DNA of 64,000 nt from Ginglymostoma cirratum (lineage: Eukaryota): positions 32,158,511 through 32,222,510 of the forward strand of contig JAHRHZ010000022.1 of assembly GCA_024137785.1 (NCBI GenBank). The letters run 5' to 3'. Made by a program: the position numbers and the translations under genes. The notes under the pieces were generated by a model. That model made no database searches. It saw only the letters and a list, made by a program, of their open reading frames with translations, and had not been told where the DNA came from. Below, in pieces: positions 60,541-64,000 of the stretch (positions are counted from its first letter, which is position 1; the number at the start of each line of letters is the position of its first letter).

Positions 60541-63500
60541 ACTAGCTCAGGTATTCAAATGGCCAGAGAGTTATTGCCAGACTACAGACTGGAGTTGCAA
60601 AGCAGGGCCCTGCAGAATATCATACTCCACAGATTACATGAGAATCGTCCTTGAAACTGAAGATTCAGATGGGCAATCCCCCTACGTCTGGGACCTTTGC
60701 AAAAAAAAAAAGGGTTTCATGAAGTTAAGGATTACTTTTGGAAATGTTAGGCAATTAAAAATGCAGCCTAACTCGTGGCTAACTGTCACGTTGACACTGC
60801 ACACGCCACCCTATCTCCCGCAAGCCCTTACACCAGTAGGACCCCTGACAACTACCACCTACTGACTAGATCTCCTCAAATCAACAGAATTCCCCATCAG
60901 CCTGAGCCCCCAGGATCCAGCAAAAATCTCCTCTACACTGGCCTGGAGTTTAGGGATCGTAGGCCACTCCTTACCCTCTCTCCCTGTGACCCCAAATCAA
61001 CGCCCCCCCCCCACCCCTGGCCACCCACCTCGCCTAGGGACTCCATTGTTTACATTGGACCCTACTTAGCTGACACCCTATCCAGAAGTCACCCTAACTC
61101 CTGAACCAATTGTCACCCTGACCTCATGGCAGCTGTAAAAGTGGCTATCTGTCCCACTGGATATTTAAATCTCAGAACATGGCCACTGACTACTGTAAAA
61201 AGGAGCCTCGCTTGACTTCCCCTGACAATCCTGCACCACAGGGGAACGGTGTTTATTTCAGCTACGTTCTGCGTTTCTGATGGAGCTAGGATGGGAATTC
61301 CTGGCGGGAACTGTGCAACTCTGAATGAACATGAAACAAAAATGAATGAAATAGCAATCCACTCCTTGGAATATCTGGGCCACTATTCTAACAAAGACTT
61401 CAACAACTGAAATATTAGTATTGCTCCAGATTTTGATTGATCTGTTGTGTACTTCCAGAATTTGTTTTTTTTTTGATATGCCTTTTCAGTGTTCTTGAAA
61501 AACGTCTGTCTCATTGCTGGCATTCGTGCTGGCTCTGATTTTTCCAAGGCTTCGTTCACTCTTGTTTGAATTCTATGCTGCTGGTCAGAAGATGGCTGTG
61601 TAGCTCAATTAATGTTGTGTGGTAGGAGCAGAAAAAAAAGATCAGTCTTCTCATGTCAGAAGGGAAGTTATTTACTTCTTACAAACTGACGGAGAGGCAC
61701 TGCAGGGGCTTCCTTCATTTCAGTTCAGAATGTCATTGTCATCTAATGCGGAGTGACTTCTGCATGCATTTTAGTCTCATTCTCATGATGTTTATTATGC
61801 AGGATGGCTGCTTAAGTACTAGCTGGGTTAATTTGCTGTGTAGAGAAATAGAAATTTTTATCCTTCTTGTGAGACTAAACGTGAAGAATTGTTGCTTTTC
61901 CCTTGCTTTACTCTGGAATTGTGAGTTTTTGGCACAGAATTTTCACTGTAAAATAATTTGTTTTATTTGTAAGTGCGAACAGTTGTCTTTTCCATAGTGT
62001 TTTTTGTAATACCTGTGTCAAACTGGTAATAATTGCACATCCTTGTCTGCTGAGGTAGATGTTCTTGTAGCAGTTAATGTAGTTCAGTAGCTCAGCTTTA
62101 TGGAAAACCTACGTACACAATGGATAAATTCTACCTTGTCGCAGTAAATTTTATAAATATAGTATTTTGGGTTGACTTTAGTAAATCATTAAATGCAAAA
62201 CAGGGTGGTACCAGCCTTGCACCTGAATAGTCACAATACACCCTTCGTATTTTACATTATCAATCATGCATCAGTCGCTAAACATAAAAATATTTTGTTT
62301 AATGCGGTATTTTTTATCCTATCACTTTTCCATGTTATTTTAGTAATGTACAGTTAACATAATAGGATATATAAAATGTGTTGCTAGGTTACAAAGAGCT
62401 TCAGAATTTAAAGAGCTAAGTATTTTTCAAATCTACAAGATTCATGAAAGATGTCAGAGGATGTATGCAGTAAAATAAGAACCATAAATTACTGGTTTAA
62501 TGTGGAATAAAAAAGCCTGAAGTAAAATATCGTTGCTGTGAGCAAATTCACCCATCAGATACTCCACACCAAATGCATCAACTAATGACTTTCTCTAAAG
62601 ATTGGTGGAATTAATTTGTGCTGCCAAAGCAAAAGCAAGAATTTTTTTAAAAAAATAGAGCACACAGTCTCAGGAAGCGTCAAGTGCAATGAATGATGAA
62701 GTACTCTTCATAGCAGCCAATTCCATTCCAGAAATCCCTGTAGTGCAGGAAGCTTTAAAGCTAACGCAGCAAATTCAGCTATCGTGCGGTACAGTATTAA
62801 TGATTTATGCTCGTTGCACCATTGCTTTTGTTCACTGGCAGAGCCCAGTTCTGCTAATAAAGGAGTTTTGAAAGGGTCCCCGTGTGCAGAGCGGTTTTGC
62901 TTAATGCAGTGATGTTGTCATTATAAATCAGTAGAATTTAGCATTTTACAATGTTTCTGCGATTTGCTCGAGGTTTTTTAAATCTACTTCATCGAGATAC
63001 TGAAATATTTCCATTGTGTTTCTATGAACAATAAATGAAGTGGTGGATGAGACCTATTTCGAATGTTTTAAGGTTGATTCGTTTAACTTAGAGCAGTGCT
63101 GGTTGTCCATTTGTTTCTCCTTCACTTTTTTTACTTTATCATACGGTTTATGGAGATGAGCAGAGCGATGTTTCATTAGCATAAAGAGATGCAGATAGTG
63201 TTTTTCTTCCTAAATGAAGAGACAGTAAAATATTGTGTTTTGAGCAGATGTTAGCAAGGAAAGAAAAATGAAGATTTATATTTGCTTCTCTGCAAGTGGA
63301 CACCAACATGAATATTTGATGATGATAGCCCAACACTTTCTTCTGAAAAAATAATCAGTTTCTTTTAAGAAAAGAATTTGCATTTGGACAGTGTCATTGT
63401 AATCAGCTTAAATAGTAAGGAAAACAAAAGTTTGTGGTTTGCATTCAGCAGAAATAACAGCGTGTGAATTGTTTAATGGAATTTCTTAATTCGTTTTTTA

Positions 63501-64000
63501 AAAATGTGCTTTAATGCACTTAGTGGACAGAAGATTCTATGATTACACAGGGGCATTGCACATTCTTTTGATAGGTTTGAATAATTAATGAGATTGCTGT
63601 CTAACTTCCGATGCCATTAAATCTTAAGCATTTTATTTATTATTATGCTGCCTGTATTTTAGAACCACAGGAACCCGATCTGCAAGAAGATTATACCCCC
63701 CACCACCCCCGCCCCAATCTCCCAACCCCCACACAAGGGTGCTATAATGTTTTTGACTCTCAATGAGGATACCAGGCCACAGCACTGGAAATTGCAGACT
63801 ATCTGAGTGCAAATTGGATTCCTAAAGCGGCCATGTGTACGTATCCTTTGCTTCTTTGTAAATTGCAACACTTCTGGAAGGTGAGCTGCAATTTAACTAT
63901 AAACTGTCATTATTTTTCTTCATGATTTAATGTCCAGGTCCCCAACTAGAACTCAAAGACACGTGCCAAGAGTCAAAAGGAAATTTCTGGCTATTTATGC

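Noticed and set aside
63695-63732. C-rich tract able to form a minus-strand G-quadruplex (similar tract near 61000)
   Set aside because: Common low-complexity sequence, probably repeat-derived, with no supporting context.
48507-64000. Downstream common RBFOX exon (GNQE...) or other coding exons
   Set aside because: No matching exon was found by eye. The remainder is treated as intron, which leaves the gene assignment unconfirmed.

Overview
This is AT-rich vertebrate genomic DNA. The repeat inventory (HE1/V-SINEs, HER1/CR1 LINEs, a Deu-domain SINE, Penelope terminal repeats) points to a shark or other elasmobranch. Almost all listed ORFs are chance frames or decayed transposon sequence. The one convincing host coding segment is a 33-codon first exon at 48408-48506 (+), MQHPLTGATCVALPNVGMCPQLSCALTFMYLQQ, ending in a phase-0 GTAAGG donor. 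It sits behind a CpG/GC-box promoter inside a roughly 11 kb repeat-poor zone. From memory it resembles an alternative N-terminal exon of an RBFOX-family splicing regulator (not confirmed). The rest is intronic or intergenic. It contains CR1 LINEs of several ages, SINEs, a Gypsy gag/protease relic, a PIF/Harbinger relic with a spliced Myb/SANT gene, a MITE and a split 25-bp minisatellite. It also holds about eight short Penelope-like terminal repeats, six or seven of which show a recognisable minimal hammerhead ribozyme core (CUGANGA-stem II-GAAA). Family assignments come from recalled consensus motifs, not database searches, and boundaries of old repeats are approximate.
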